The notes below the pieces were generated by a model that was given only the letters and a program-made list of their open reading frames with translations, did not search any database and was not told where the DNA came from. Shown here piece after piece: positions 52,917 through 62,961 of a DNA stretch of 64,000 nt. The DNA is from an uncultured delta proteobacterium (GTDB taxonomy: Bacteria; Desulfobacterota; Binatia; UBA9968), in contig CAVXEP010000004.1 of assembly GCA_963760795.1 (NCBI GenBank), positions 160,001 to 224,000 of the forward strand, given 5' to 3'. Numbering within the stretch: position 1 is the stretch's first letter; the number at the start of each line of letters is the position of its first letter. The position numbers were made by a program, and so were the translations under genes.

Positions 52917-53028
52917 TCTTACTACTCTGATGGCGCGCACAGAGCGCTCTGCCGATTCATTCGAGTTGCAATTCAGCCGCAACCCGATTAGGTAAAGATT
53001 AAATCGCTTTACCGACAAGGAGATCTTT

Positions 53029-54171
53029 ATGGCAGATTATCTAGTCGTCGATGCCGACGGCCACTGTTACGAACCTGACAACGACCTTGCGAAATGGATG
53101 CCCAAAGAGTACGCGCATCTCGCGCCCAATCGAGTCACCGACAGCTCGGGCTACGGCCACCTGATGCTCGAAGGCCGCTTGAGTTCACGGCGGCGCTGGG
53201 GTGGCGGCGCGGACCGCGGCGAAGTCTTTGCGTCGCACATCGAAAGAAGCCGTCCAGGCATGACCGATCCGATCAAACGCTTGCCGGATATGGATGAAGA
53301 AGGCATTGACGTCGCGGTGATCTTCGGAACGGCGATCGCACTCTCGGTGAACGGCATGGCGGACAAACCGCTCGCCGCGCTGATCTGCCACGCGGTCAAC
53401 CGCTGGCTGGTTGAAGAATATCTCGCGCCCGATCCCAAGCGCCTCAAAGGTGTCGGCCTGATTCCGGTGCAAGATCCCCAAGCCGCGGTCAAAGAGTTGG
53501 AATACATCGCACAACACCGCCAGGTCGTCAGCGCCATGCTACCGACCAATGTCTACGGCATCAATCTCGGCCACCGCATGTTCGATCCGGTATACGCCGC
53601 GGCGCAGGAGATGAACATTCCGCTGTCGGTCCATCCGCAAACCGAACATGACGGCCAGTATGGCGTCTGGGGCGTAATGGGCGCCGGCAGCGAGCGCATG
53701 GAAAAATACAGCTACGTGCACATGACGTCGTTTCCCTTCGAGCTGATGATCGCGCTCATGCATATGATCGGCGAAGGCGTCTTCGACCGCTATCCCAAAC
53801 TCAAAGTCGCGTTCATGGAAGGCGCCTGCGGCTGGCTGCCCTTCTGGTCCGAACGGATGGACGAGCACTATCACAAACTGCGCCCGCAGTGGCCGCTGCT
53901 CAAACGCAAACCTTCGGAAATTGTCCGCAGCGGCCAGGTCAGTTTTACCTGCGAGCCGGAAGAAACCATTCTGCCCTACGTACTCGACGACATCGGCATC
54001 ACCCAGGTCATGTACGCCTCGGACTACCGCCACTGGGATTCCGAATTCCCCGACTCCGTCAAAGAAGTGAAAAAAATCCCCGGCATGACCGACGACAAGC
54101 TGCGTCATGTGCTGGGCGAGAACGCGCGGAAGTGGTTCAACCTAAAAGATAGCGATTTGCCCGTGCGGTAA
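53029..54171 (+). CDS. Amidohydrolase_2 family protein
   Basis: VVDADGH, DMDEEGIDVAV, GVFDRYPKLK..MEG..GWLP, YASDY.HWD. Confidence 0.92.
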   Translation: MADYLVVDADGHCYEPDNDLAKWMPKEYAHLAPNRVTDSSGYGHLMLEGRLSSRRRWGGGADRGEVFASHIERSRPGMTDPIKRLPDMDEEGIDVAVIFGTAIALSVNGMADKPLAALICHAVNRWLVEEYLAPDPKRLKGVGLIPVQDPQAAVKELEYIAQHRQVVSAMLPTNVYGINLGHRMFDPVYAAAQEMNIPLSVHPQTEHDGQYGVWGVMGAGSERMEKYSYVHMTSFPFELMIALMHMIGEGVFDRYPKLKVAFMEGACGWLPFWSERMDEHYHKLRPQWPLLKRKPSEIVRSGQVSFTCEPEETILPYVLDDIGITQVMYASDYRHWDSEFPDSVKEVKKIPGMTDDKLRHVLGENARKWFNLKDSDLPVR

Positions 54172-54172
54172 T

Positions 54173-54635
54173 AAAAAGTAAAAATTAACACCGCAAAATT
54201 GAGATCGGCAATAGGATTCCGTACAAAAATCATGACACCTTAACCGGTCTGTTTTGCACGGAGAACAATCGTAGCGAGATACGGCAAATTCGTCTGCTTC
54301 TCGGCGCAATGGGTTGAGCATTTCACCCTGATAAAGCCGGCGCATCCAAAATCCGCAACCAATAGGCGTCTCTCGGCATTCTTTCAACGCGATCGAACAT
54401 TTGCTAAAAAATCAGCCTTGCTTGACCAGCTTGCGCTTCTTCGACGTTGGCTCCAACCGAGGTGCCAGAGCGAAGCAGCTGCCGGCTCAACGTCCGCCTT
54501 ACCCCAGGCTGCAAATCGAGCACTTGGCAGATCTCAACAACGTTAATTGCAAAGCCAAACGTTCTATCGGAATTTTGCTCGGCGTCGATACACGCGGCAT
54601 ATCTTGCTCCTGCTTCAAGTTAATTTTTACTTTTT
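54173..54635. repeat. Perfect 17-bp inverted repeats flanking the four-helix-bundle gene
   Basis: AAAAAGTAAAAATTAAC at 54173-54189 and its exact reverse complement at 54619-54635; the right arm continues as 7-nt periodic units to about 54650. Confidence 0.9.
54240..54600 (-). pseudogene. Four-helix-bundle protein (TIGR02436 / 23S rRNA-IVP family), at least 3 frameshifts
   Basis: AGGAG RBS, ATG 54600; across frames: DRTFGFAINVVEICQVLD..GVRRTLSRQLLRSGTSVGANVEEAQAGQ / ADF.SKCSIALKECRET / YWLRIL..LRREADE..RAKQTG*. Confidence 0.85.
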
Positions 54636-55642
54636 CATTTTGAATTTCTAGTTTTTCCCCAAAGCTGAGCAAAGAATCCACTGCTCTCCATCTCCGCCAA
54701 ATAGCGCCGGTCCATCATGTCCTGGGGTTTGATTTCATTGGCGCGCGGGTTGGTGCGGGCGACCTCTTCGATCATTGGCTGGAGCGCCGGCGCTTTCATT
54801 TCCAGCCGCGGTTCCATGACTTTCATCTCGATGGCGTAACTGGCTTCCAACACCGCGCGATCTTTGATTCGCAGTTGCTTCTCCATCACCCGGAAGACCA
54901 ATTCCTTATCGCGGTGCATCGCTCTTGAAGCTTCGGCCATCGCGCGCATGAATCGGCCGATCACAGGGCCGCGCTTGGCCATGAGGGAGCGACGGGTTGC
55001 AATGGTCGAGGCGGCGTAAGGAATTCCAATATCCGGACCGAACACGACATAGCGAAAGCCCAGCGCCAGCGCCCTGCCGTCGCTCGGCGGCAACAACGTC
55101 GCGGCATCGATCCGGCCCGCCATCAGCGCGCCGACGGTTTCCGCTTCGCCGCCGGTCTGGATGAACATGATGTCCTTGTCCGTGTTCATGCCGGCGCGGC
55201 GAAACGCCTGGACCGTGAAGTAATGGGTGTTGCTGCCGATGCGTGTGACGCCGATACGCTTGCCACGCAACTGTTCGAGCCTGGTGATCTCCGGCTTGGC
55301 GAGAATACTCTGGGTCATGATGTTCTTGATGCTGCCGATGAAAGCCAAGTCCGTCGCGCCGCTAACGAAGGCATTGACGATACCGACGCCGCCCAAGAGG
55401 CCAATTTCCACATTGCCGCCGAGAATCGCCGCGGTGGCGGTTGAAGATGAAGGAATATAGACGAAGTCGAAATCGATATCCTGTTTCTTGAATAACCCGA
55501 GCTCTTCGGCCACCCAGGGCATCGAATATGGCACCGCGTGGGCCGAGTACAGCGCCACCAGCTTTTCCGCTGCCGGCGCGCCACCAGGCACAATCAAGCA
55601 GCCGATTAAGCCAAGGGTGAAGAGAACTGCGCGAATCTTCAT
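54635..55642 (-). CDS. NitT/TauT ABC substrate-binding protein
   Basis: Signal peptide, WVAEELGLFKK, LRGKRIGVTRIGS, RFMRAMAEA, ESSGFF. Confidence 0.92.
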   Translation of the reverse strand: MKIRAVLFTLGLIGCLIVPGGAPAAEKLVALYSAHAVPYSMPWVAEELGLFKKQDIDFDFVYIPSSSTATAAILGGNVEIGLLGGVGIVNAFVSGATDLAFIGSIKNIMTQSILAKPEITRLEQLRGKRIGVTRIGSNTHYFTVQAFRRAGMNTDKDIMFIQTGGEAETVGALMAGRIDAATLLPPSDGRALALGFRYVVFGPDIGIPYAASTIATRRSLMAKRGPVIGRFMRAMAEASRAMHRDKELVFRVMEKQLRIKDRAVLEASYAIEMKVMEPRLEMKAPALQPMIEEVARTNPRANEIKPQDMMDRRYLAEMESSGFFAQLWGKTRNSK

Positions 55643-55670
55643 CTGATGGTCTCGCTACCGGCGATGGCCG

Positions 55671-56714
55671 TTACAAGTTGAATAGCTGTTTGGCATTGCT
55701 GTAAAGAATCTTCTCTTTGTCCGTATCGCTAATGCGCGGATGATTGCGCAAGGCATGCAAGTTTCCGGGAAACTCATTGTCCCAGTGGGGAATGTCCGAG
55801 GCGTAAAGAAAATGTTCGGCGCCGAGGTAACTGACCGCCTCCGGCAACAGCGACTCACCGGATTCCAGGCTGAACCACATCTTCGACTTGCGCACGACAT
55901 CACTGGGTTTTTCTTTGAGCAGCGGCATCTCGTGCTTGGCGCGTTTTTCCCAGTGTTCATCCAATCGGTCCAAATAATACGGCAGCCAAGTGGCGCCGAT
56001 CTCCAAGAAGGCCAATTTCAAATTGGGAAAACGAATCGGCACACCCTGGCAGACGACATGAGTAAACTGCAGCAACAGGCCGACGGTAAATGCGTATGAA
56101 TGCACTTCGGCAAAGGTGGATAACTTGTCGGCCCCAAGTTCATGGGAGTTGCTGCGCGAGCCGTGGATACCGATGACCGCGCCGAGCTTTTCCGCCTCGG
56201 CGTAGACCGGATCGTAAAATGTACTGCCCAGCGCCATCGGCAATCCCATCGGTAGAATCTCGAACCCTTTCAAGCCCAGCTCGGTCACGCCGCGGCGCAG
56301 CTCCTCTGCCGCCGCTTGCGGATCGCGCAGCGGCAGCACGCCGACGCAACTGACCCGGTTCGAGTGCGCGTTGAACTCCTTGGCGAACTGCGTGTTGGAA
56401 GCGCGCGCGATGGCCAGGGCAAAATCCAACTCTTGGAGTTTCGAGACGTTTCCCGACCCGGTCGGGAAACAGATCGCGTACTCCATGCCCTCGCGATCCA
56501 TCGCCGCATGCCACTCGTCGATCTGCTGCTTGGGCGACAAGTCTTCCCAGCGCACCGCCATCTCGAAACTATCGAACAGATTGGCATCCCAGGGTTGATC
56601 GCGCGTGCGCAGCGCCGTCGAGCGCTTATCCCAGGGCTTTTCGAGATACTTGCGGATATATTTTTCTTTCTCCAAGACATGCCCATCGGCGTCGATCACC
56701 GGACCACTGTACAT
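55671..56714 (-). CDS. Amidohydrolase_2 family protein
   Basis: VIDADGH, RFPNLK.AFLE.G..WLPY, YASDIPHWD, KIL..NA. Confidence 0.92.
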   Translation of the reverse strand: MYSGPVIDADGHVLEKEKYIRKYLEKPWDKRSTALRTRDQPWDANLFDSFEMAVRWEDLSPKQQIDEWHAAMDREGMEYAICFPTGSGNVSKLQELDFALAIARASNTQFAKEFNAHSNRVSCVGVLPLRDPQAAAEELRRGVTELGLKGFEILPMGLPMALGSTFYDPVYAEAEKLGAVIGIHGSRSNSHELGADKLSTFAEVHSYAFTVGLLLQFTHVVCQGVPIRFPNLKLAFLEIGATWLPYYLDRLDEHWEKRAKHEMPLLKEKPSDVVRKSKMWFSLESGESLLPEAVSYLGAEHFLYASDIPHWDNEFPGNLHALRNHPRISDTDKEKILYSNAKQLFNL

Positions 56715-56827
56715 AAATACCTCCTTGCCTGATTGGCGTATATCCGGTCATTGCGATGCCTGTCAAGGAAACCAGTCGAATGTTGGGATTATGCACCAGC
56801 CCGGACAGGGCCGGTCGCCAGAAACAG

Positions 56828-56862
56828 CAACGCCGCTAACAGCAGCGCTGCTAACGGCGTTG
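56828..56862. terminator. Imperfect hairpin downstream of the VOC gene
   Basis: CAACGCCGCTAACAGC-AGC-GCTGCTAACGGCGTTG, 14/16 paired. Confidence 0.4.
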
Positions 56863-56881
56863 ATCAGGATCGAACAAATGT

Positions 56882-57713
56882 CTACGAAGTAATCTCCCAC
56901 CAGTTCCTACTGATATCGCTCAAGAGAAAATGCGCGCGCCCGTTGGTTTGCAGTTCACGGACATCGTGGATGCCGAGTTCCTTGCCGTTTTTCGAAAACT
57001 CTTTATGCGCATCTTCGACTGCTTCGGGGCTGGCCACTTGCAGGGTGAAACGGTTGGCCTCGGACAGATAGTCGCGGTGCGTCGTCGGCAGGACCACCAC
57101 GTACCACGGCCCCATGTTCGGCACGCTGATATAAGCTCGACATGCGCCCGCCGCCGATGATATCGAGACCGAGCACGTTGGTGAGAAACTGATCGCTCTT
57201 TTCCTTGTCGTCGCAATTGAGCGTGCCATGGGTCATCGCCTGGGGCACATAGCCTCTGCCGGGAAATTTTTCTTCCGGCAGCGGCGTGGTCCAGTGCGGC
57301 GCGGCGATGCGCCGGCCCTGTTTGATCGCCGCCGGATTGTAATACTCCAGCTCCAAATCGTTGCCGCCGGGTTCTTTGAAATAGATCGAGTAAGCAAAAT
57401 GCGCTTCGTGCGGCGGCGTCACGCTCTTGATCTTGTACTGCGCCTTATGGTCGGAAATATATTGGAACGCTATCGGGATTTCCTTCGGGCTGCCGACGCG
57501 AAAACCATAGTGATTGGTGTGCGGCTTATTTTTGGTATCCGGCCCGCCTTCGTGAATCACCAGACGCCACTTGGTATTGGGATGTTTGACCACCGCCTGC
57601 TTGTCGGTGCGTTCGATCACTTCGGCGGCCAGCAACTCGGTAAAAATCGGCAGCGTCTCGTCTAGCGAGCGGCATTCGTAATGCCCTTCGGTCATTCCGA
57701 TCGGTTTCAGCAT
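56882..57713 (-). CDS. Two-domain VOC family protein, frameshift near 57135
   Basis: NHYGFRV, YFKEPGGNDLELE, THGTL, LSDISRNWWEI. Confidence 0.85.
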
Positions 57714-57775
57714 GCGTGTCTCCTTGAGAAAGCAACTAACTATGTAGGTATTATTAAGAAAGACCCTGACGCTTG

Positions 57776-58876
57776 TCAATTGGCCTTGGGCCGTACCGGC
57801 GGCATCCGCACTTCGGCCCCCGACTTGGCGCACTCCTCGTCGAAGATCTGGCGAATAAGCGGGTCTTCGTCCTCGTACTCGATCTGCCAGCCGCCAAAAG
57901 CCAAGGGCACGTCGGACTGGATCTTGCCGGGCTGCAACTTGTACTTGCGGCTGAGAATCTTCAGCGCCAGGTATCGCGACGGCACGGCACCGGAATTAAA
58001 ATGCTGGTGGAACCAGCCCTCCGGCGGCACGACAATCGATCCGGGCTTCCAGTCCACCCGGGTCATCTCTTTGCCCTCGGGCCAAAGCAGCGAATAACCC
58101 TTGCCGGTGAGGATGAAGACATGGGCGCCGGGACCGTGGCGATGGGCTTTCTTGTAAAGACCGACGGGAAAGCGCGAGACATGGGAACCCATCATGCTCT
58201 CGGACATTTCGAAAAAGATCGTCGCGTTGCCCTTGCCGCGCTCGCTCCACTCCACCGGTTCGATATTGACGACGTCGGCGACGAAGTTGGTCTCGACCAC
58301 CCGGTCGCTATAGAGCTTGCCGCCGCCGGTGAAGAAACCTTCTTCGCCCTTGAACCGCTCGGTGAATGAATAGGGACAGTTGGTGACGAAATCGGCGCTG
58401 CGGAACAAATTAAAAATCAGCGGCGCCGTGGTCACCGACAACAGCCGGGCTTCCTGATCGCCCTGGCCGTTGAAATGCTGATACCAGGCGTTGAGCGGCA
58501 GGGCGAACAAGCTGCCGGCTTGCCACTCGAAAGTCTGCTTGGCGCCATTGTCCTGCCACACCGTCGTCGCGCCGCGGCCGGCGAGCACATAGACCAGCGC
58601 CTCGTAAATATGGCGTTGTGGGTTGAGGCTCTTCCCCGGCGGGATGCCGATGACATAAGCGTCGTCCATATAGCCGGCGCCGTCGAGCATGATGCAGACG
58701 CCGTTGCCGCCGATGCGGTCCCACCATTTGAGCGGGGTCGTGTATAGATCCTCGACAAAAAAGCCGCGCACGATATCGATCCCCTGGGACGCGATCCAGC
58801 GATCGTACGGCGTGTCCATGATTTCGACCTTGGTGTCGACCGATTGATAGGATGGACGGTTAACTGCTTCTGCCAT
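57776..58876 (-). CDS. Bicupin protein
   Basis: PQRHIYE..YVL.GRG.T, WYQHFN, KAHRHGPG, WFHQHFN; GGAGGG RBS. Confidence 0.88.
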   Translation of the reverse strand: MAEAVNRPSYQSVDTKVEIMDTPYDRWIASQGIDIVRGFFVEDLYTTPLKWWDRIGGNGVCIMLDGAGYMDDAYVIGIPPGKSLNPQRHIYEALVYVLAGRGATTVWQDNGAKQTFEWQAGSLFALPLNAWYQHFNGQGDQEARLLSVTTAPLIFNLFRSADFVTNCPYSFTERFKGEEGFFTGGGKLYSDRVVETNFVADVVNIEPVEWSERGKGNATIFFEMSESMMGSHVSRFPVGLYKKAHRHGPGAHVFILTGKGYSLLWPEGKEMTRVDWKPGSIVVPPEGWFHQHFNSGAVPSRYLALKILSRKYKLQPGKIQSDVPLAFGGWQIEYEDEDPLIRQIFDEECAKSGAEVRMPPVRPKAN

Positions 58877-59047
58877 CTGGCTCCCTCCTGAATGTGGTGT
58901 CTGTTGTTTAGCTGTAATCGCTCGCTGCATCAACCCTGCGCGCCCCGACCAACACAGCCGATGCCGCGGCTCAATGCCGGTTGACTTCGCGCTTCCATGC
59001 ACAGATAACCAGGGAGACACTTATTCTTGACGGTTGGAGAAAGACTC

Positions 59048-60321
59048 ATGAGCCGAGAGGCAATGGATGCAATGAACAAAGTTGTGGCGGCGCTGAAAAC
59101 CGGCGCGGGCCTGCAGGATGATTTCATCTACTACATGTCGTTCGACGACTACAAAGTTTTTCCCGATCCGTTTCCACGTACGCCGGTCATTGTGCGCGAG
59201 GTCCAAGAAACCATTCGCCGCTATCCGAATCCGGAAAAACCCGGCGAGCTGTTTCCGTGGGATATTCATGGCCGGCTGTTTACCCCGGCCAAAGTATCGA
59301 TCCCGGACACCGCCGTGGTGATGATTCATGGCGGCGCCGCCAATGAGTATGAGTTTATTTTCACTCCCGACGGCGCTGAAGAATATCCCGACTTAAGCCA
59401 AAGCCGACCCGAAGAAAGCGCGCGTCGGCGTCGCCCAGCATATTGCGTCGCTTGGGCATTCCCGTGCTGGCGATTTCCCTGCCGGGCCACTACAGTGCCA
59501 AACCTTGGGCGCCGATCGCCGTACGCCGGCCGGAATTTATCATTGGCCAGATTCCCAGCGATGCCGAACTGCGCAACCGCTTGGCCGTTTATACGTTTAG
59601 AATGTGCACCGAAGCGGTCAAGGCGCTGGTCGAGAAAAACTTGCAGGAAGCGATCTTCATGTGGGGCCACTCCACCGGCGGCGAATATTTTTATTTGATG
59701 GAACAGTACGGTCTCAAGAACAAACTCATCGGCGGCCTCGGCTATGGCACCGGCATGCCGGCATGGGTGCGCAAAGAATGGGATCTCGCCTGCGCCGACA
59801 AATCGCCGGAGGAGCGCGCCGCGCCGTTTCGCAATCTCACCGATCTGAGCCGGCGCTCGCCCAAAGGTTACGCCAAAAGCGGCTACGTCGGACCGAACCA
59901 ACCCTGGGGCAGCGTCGAGAAATGGTTCGAGCTGGAAAATCACCGCCGGCCGCAGTTCAAACCTTTCCTGCAAGACATCGAGCATAGCGCCCACGATGTG
60001 CTGATTCCGGAAATCAAGAAATTGTCAGGATTGACCGATGACGAACTGTTTATCACTTATCAGTCGCAGCTCGAACGCCTGCGCGGCAAAAAGCTGCTGC
60101 ACATCGTCGGCGAGTACGACAAAGGGCACTGGATTGAAGGTGGTGAAAGAGGCTTGGAGTTTCGCCGCGAAGTTTACGCCTTCAAGCGTTTCAAACCCTA
60201 CGCCGACGCCCTGCGCCTCATCGTGGTTCCCAATCTGACCCACTACGGCCATGTGGAAAGCTACAACGAAGGACTGGCGAATCTGATGGTGACGGGTTTC
60301 AAAGAATACTTTAGCGGCTAA
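59048..60321 (+). CDS. Alpha/beta-hydrolase-fold hypothetical protein, frameshifted around 59420-59460
   Basis: VMIHGG oxyanion motif, ISLPGH, nucleophile elbow WGHSTGG, late HYGH. Confidence 0.75.
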
Positions 60322-60438
60322 CTTGCTGGCAATGCCGACAGTGACGAATTGCCCCCGGCCGTGCGAATTTCCTGCAGAACATGTCAAAGGCAGTCAGGAC
60401 AACTGTGCGGCACAATCTCACTCACTGACAGGAATGTA

Positions 60439-60478
60439 AAAAGCCGCTTTCTCCGGGTTGGCGGAGAAAGCGGCTTTT
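60439..60478. terminator. Bidirectional rho-independent terminator
   Basis: AAAAGCCGCTTTCTCCG-GGTTGG-CGGAGAAAGCGGCTTTT between convergent genes. Confidence 0.9.
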
Positions 60479-60504
60479 GCTACGCTATCGGCTACTGCAA
60501 CCGC

Positions 60505-60954
60505 TTAATTACGGCCCCACCACCAGCGGTTAAAGAATCCGCCATTATCGAAGCGGCTGTTGATTCGGTCGCCACGGTTGTCGTACCAGCGGTCGGCGCG
60601 ATCGCCACGATTGTCGTAACGGTCTTCAATCCTGTCACCGCGACGGTCCAGTTGGGCTTCGATGCGATCGCCTTTACGATCGAGCTGCTCGGCCAGCCGG
60701 TTTTTACCGTCCGCCCGCGCCTCTGCCGCCAAGGCGTCGAGCCGGTCGTTAATACGCTCGCCTTTAGCATCGAGCCGCTCGTTGATCCTGCTACCCCTGT
60801 TGTCCAGCCGGTTGTTGATCCGATCTCCTCTGCGATCCAGCCGCGCATCGATTCGATCCCCGCGTCTGTCGAAATGTCGGTAGTCATGCGCCATCGCCGG
60901 GACAGCGCTGCCGAGTGCCAATATACCTAAACCAATTACGATTGCTTTTTTCAT
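60505..60954 (-). CDS. Secreted protein with 11-aa tandem repeats
   Basis: AAGGAG RBS, signal peptide (AMA/HD), about 8 copies of D(R/N)RGDRIxxR(L/Y). Confidence 0.85.
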   Translation of the reverse strand: MKKAIVIGLGILALGSAVPAMAHDYRHFDRRGDRIDARLDRRGDRINNRLDNRGSRINERLDAKGERINDRLDALAAEARADGKNRLAEQLDRKGDRIEAQLDRRGDRIEDRYDNRGDRADRWYDNRGDRINSRFDNGGFFNRWWWGRN

Positions 60955-61165
60955 TGCTCAATTCTCCTTCTCATAATGTCTTGATTAAGGCGCCTTGACT
61001 CAGTTGGACGGCGCGCCTGGGCAAAGGTTTACCTGGACGAGAATAATGATGAAATTATGCTGCCTTTGCGCGGCTTTGGCGGTTATCCAAGGCGATAAGA
61101 TTAATGGCACCGTAACTTGACAGACCTAGCGATCTAACCTACAGATTTCGTACAAGAAATCTTCC

Positions 61166-62191
61166 ATGAGCCAAATCGAAAAAATACTCGGACCGAGTTT
61201 CGCCGCGGCGCGAACCTGGATCGCCGTGGCCCTGATAGGTTTGGCCTGCGCCGCTCCCGTGGGCGCGCAAGCCTTGCGCATCGCCTACACGTCGATCGCT
61301 GTGGTATACGGCCCGCTCTGGCTGACCAAGGAAGCCGGCATCTTCAAAAAATACAATATCGAGCCCGAGTTCATTTACATCGCCGGCGGACCGCCGTCGT
61401 TGCAAGCGCTCATCGCCGGCGACGTGGCGATCTCGTTTACCGCCGCCGGCGCCACGGTGGCGGCCAATCTCCAAGGCTCGGATGTAGTACTGCTCGGCGC
61501 GACCATCGACGCCTTGCCATTCGAACTGTGGTCCGTGCCGAGCATCAAAACCCCCGAACAACTGAGAGGCAGCAAACTCGGCGTCAGCCGCATCGGCGCA
61601 ACCACCGATTTCGTCGCTCGCTATTTGCTCAAGAAATGGAATTTGCAGCCGGACAAAGACGTGGCGATTTTTCAAACCGGCTCGGGGCCGCAAATCTTCG
61701 CCGCGATCAAAGGCGGCTCGGTGCAAAGCGGCGTGCTCTCCACCGGCCCCGAAACCATCAGCGCCGAAGCCTCGGGCTTCGTGCGCTTGGCCGATGTCTC
61801 CACATCCGGGCTGGTCTACCCCTTCGGCCCGTTCGCCGCGCGCCAAGCGTTTTTGAAGAGCCAGCCAGATTTGGTAACGCGCTTCATGAAAGCCTATGTC
61901 GAGGGCATTCACCGCTTTAAAACCGACAAGACGGCGGCCTTGGCGGTGCTGGAAAAGTATACCAAGCAAAAGACCACGCCGGCCGCGGAGAAAATCTACG
62001 AAATCTATGCCGGCAAATATTTTAAGCGCGCCCCCGAAGCCACCGCCGCGGGCATACAAACCATTATCGAAGAATTGTCCGCTTCGCGCGCCATCCCGCC
62101 CGGCACCACGCCGGCGCGTTTTGCCGAATCCCGCTTCATCCGCGAGCTGGTCAGCAGCGGCTTTATCGACGCGCTTTACAAGTCGCGTTAA
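61166..62191 (+). CDS. NitT/TauT ABC substrate-binding protein
   Basis: Signal peptide, LWLTKEAGIFKKY, LRGSKLGVSRIG, RFMKAYVEG, SGFIDALY. Confidence 0.92.
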   Translation: MSQIEKILGPSFAAARTWIAVALIGLACAAPVGAQALRIAYTSIAVVYGPLWLTKEAGIFKKYNIEPEFIYIAGGPPSLQALIAGDVAISFTAAGATVAANLQGSDVVLLGATIDALPFELWSVPSIKTPEQLRGSKLGVSRIGATTDFVARYLLKKWNLQPDKDVAIFQTGSGPQIFAAIKGGSVQSGVLSTGPETISAEASGFVRLADVSTSGLVYPFGPFAARQAFLKSQPDLVTRFMKAYVEGIHRFKTDKTAALAVLEKYTKQKTTPAAEKIYEIYAGKYFKRAPEATAAGIQTIIEELSASRAIPPGTTPARFAESRFIRELVSSGFIDALYKSR

Positions 62192-62220
62192 TTTCCCATC
62201 GGCAAAGGAGAAAGTTAGCG

Positions 62221-62844
62221 ATGAACACCATCCTGCAAAACCACGTGCCGCACAACACCGGCTGGGCCGGCGAAATGAAACAAGGCCAGGTGATTCGCAT
62301 CACGGCGACCACCACCGTAGATTTTGTTTTCTTCAAATTGCAAAACTTGATTGAACGTTTCGACCAGCCGCGCACCAAGGTTTACAACATGAAGCTGTTC
62401 ATCAGCACCGGCGACAAGCTCATGGGGCGCAACAACCAGCATATGATGACCATCGTCTACGACGGCAATCGAGTCGGCACCCATGATTTACAGAAAGGCA
62501 TGTGCAGCGGCTACCGCTTCAAGCTGGCGCAGCAGGAAAATCGCCTGGCGGAATATTACCCGCGCGATATCAAGGAAATCCCCGATCACGGCTGCTATGA
62601 GAACCTGTCGAAAGCGGTGGCATCCTACGGCATTATTCCAGAAGATATACCCAGCCCGTTCAACTTGAACCAGCATATGATCATCGACGGCAAAACCGGC
62701 AAGATGGAACATACTCAAGTGCGCCCGCCGGAAGGCAACTATATGGATCTGCGCGCCGAGATGGATTTACTGGTGGCGCTGAGCGCCTGTCCCGATCTCG
62801 CCGTCGGCGGTAAACCGGTCGACGTCATGATCTACGAGGAATAG
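62221..62844 (+). CDS. Urea carboxylase-associated family protein (DUF1989)
   Basis: GTHDL..GMC, HGCYENL, DIPSPFN, LRAEMDLLVALSACP. Confidence 0.9.
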   Translation: MNTILQNHVPHNTGWAGEMKQGQVIRITATTTVDFVFFKLQNLIERFDQPRTKVYNMKLFISTGDKLMGRNNQHMMTIVYDGNRVGTHDLQKGMCSGYRFKLAQQENRLAEYYPRDIKEIPDHGCYENLSKAVASYGIIPEDIPSPFNLNQHMIIDGKTGKMEHTQVRPPEGNYMDLRAEMDLLVALSACPDLAVGGKPVDVMIYEE

Positions 62845-62849
62845 GACGG

Positions 62850-62924
62850 GGAGTGATGGAATAATGGAGTATTGGAGTGTTGGTCTTTCCCCATCACTCC
62901 AGTACTCCAACACTCCATTACTCC
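62850..62924. repeat. GGAGTRNT 8-mer periodic palindrome (family C, copy 2)
   Basis: GGAGTGAT-GGAATAAT-GGAGTATT-GGAGTGTT-GG ... CC-ATCACTCC-AGTACTCC-AACACTCC-ATTACTCC. Confidence 0.92.
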
Positions 62925-62961
62925 TTTTTTCGTTAGCCCGAGCGTAAAGGAGAACCCCCCC

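Noticed and set aside
54240-54600. Diversity-generating retroelement, given the Avd-like fold
   Set aside because: No reverse transcriptase or TR/VR pair was seen in the window.
61104-61122. TGGCACCGTAACTTGAC as a sigma54 promoter
   Set aside because: No GC at the required -12 spacing.
62872-62961. N-terminal extension MECWSFPITPVLQHSITP
   Set aside because: Translation of the family C repeat; the RBS lies downstream.
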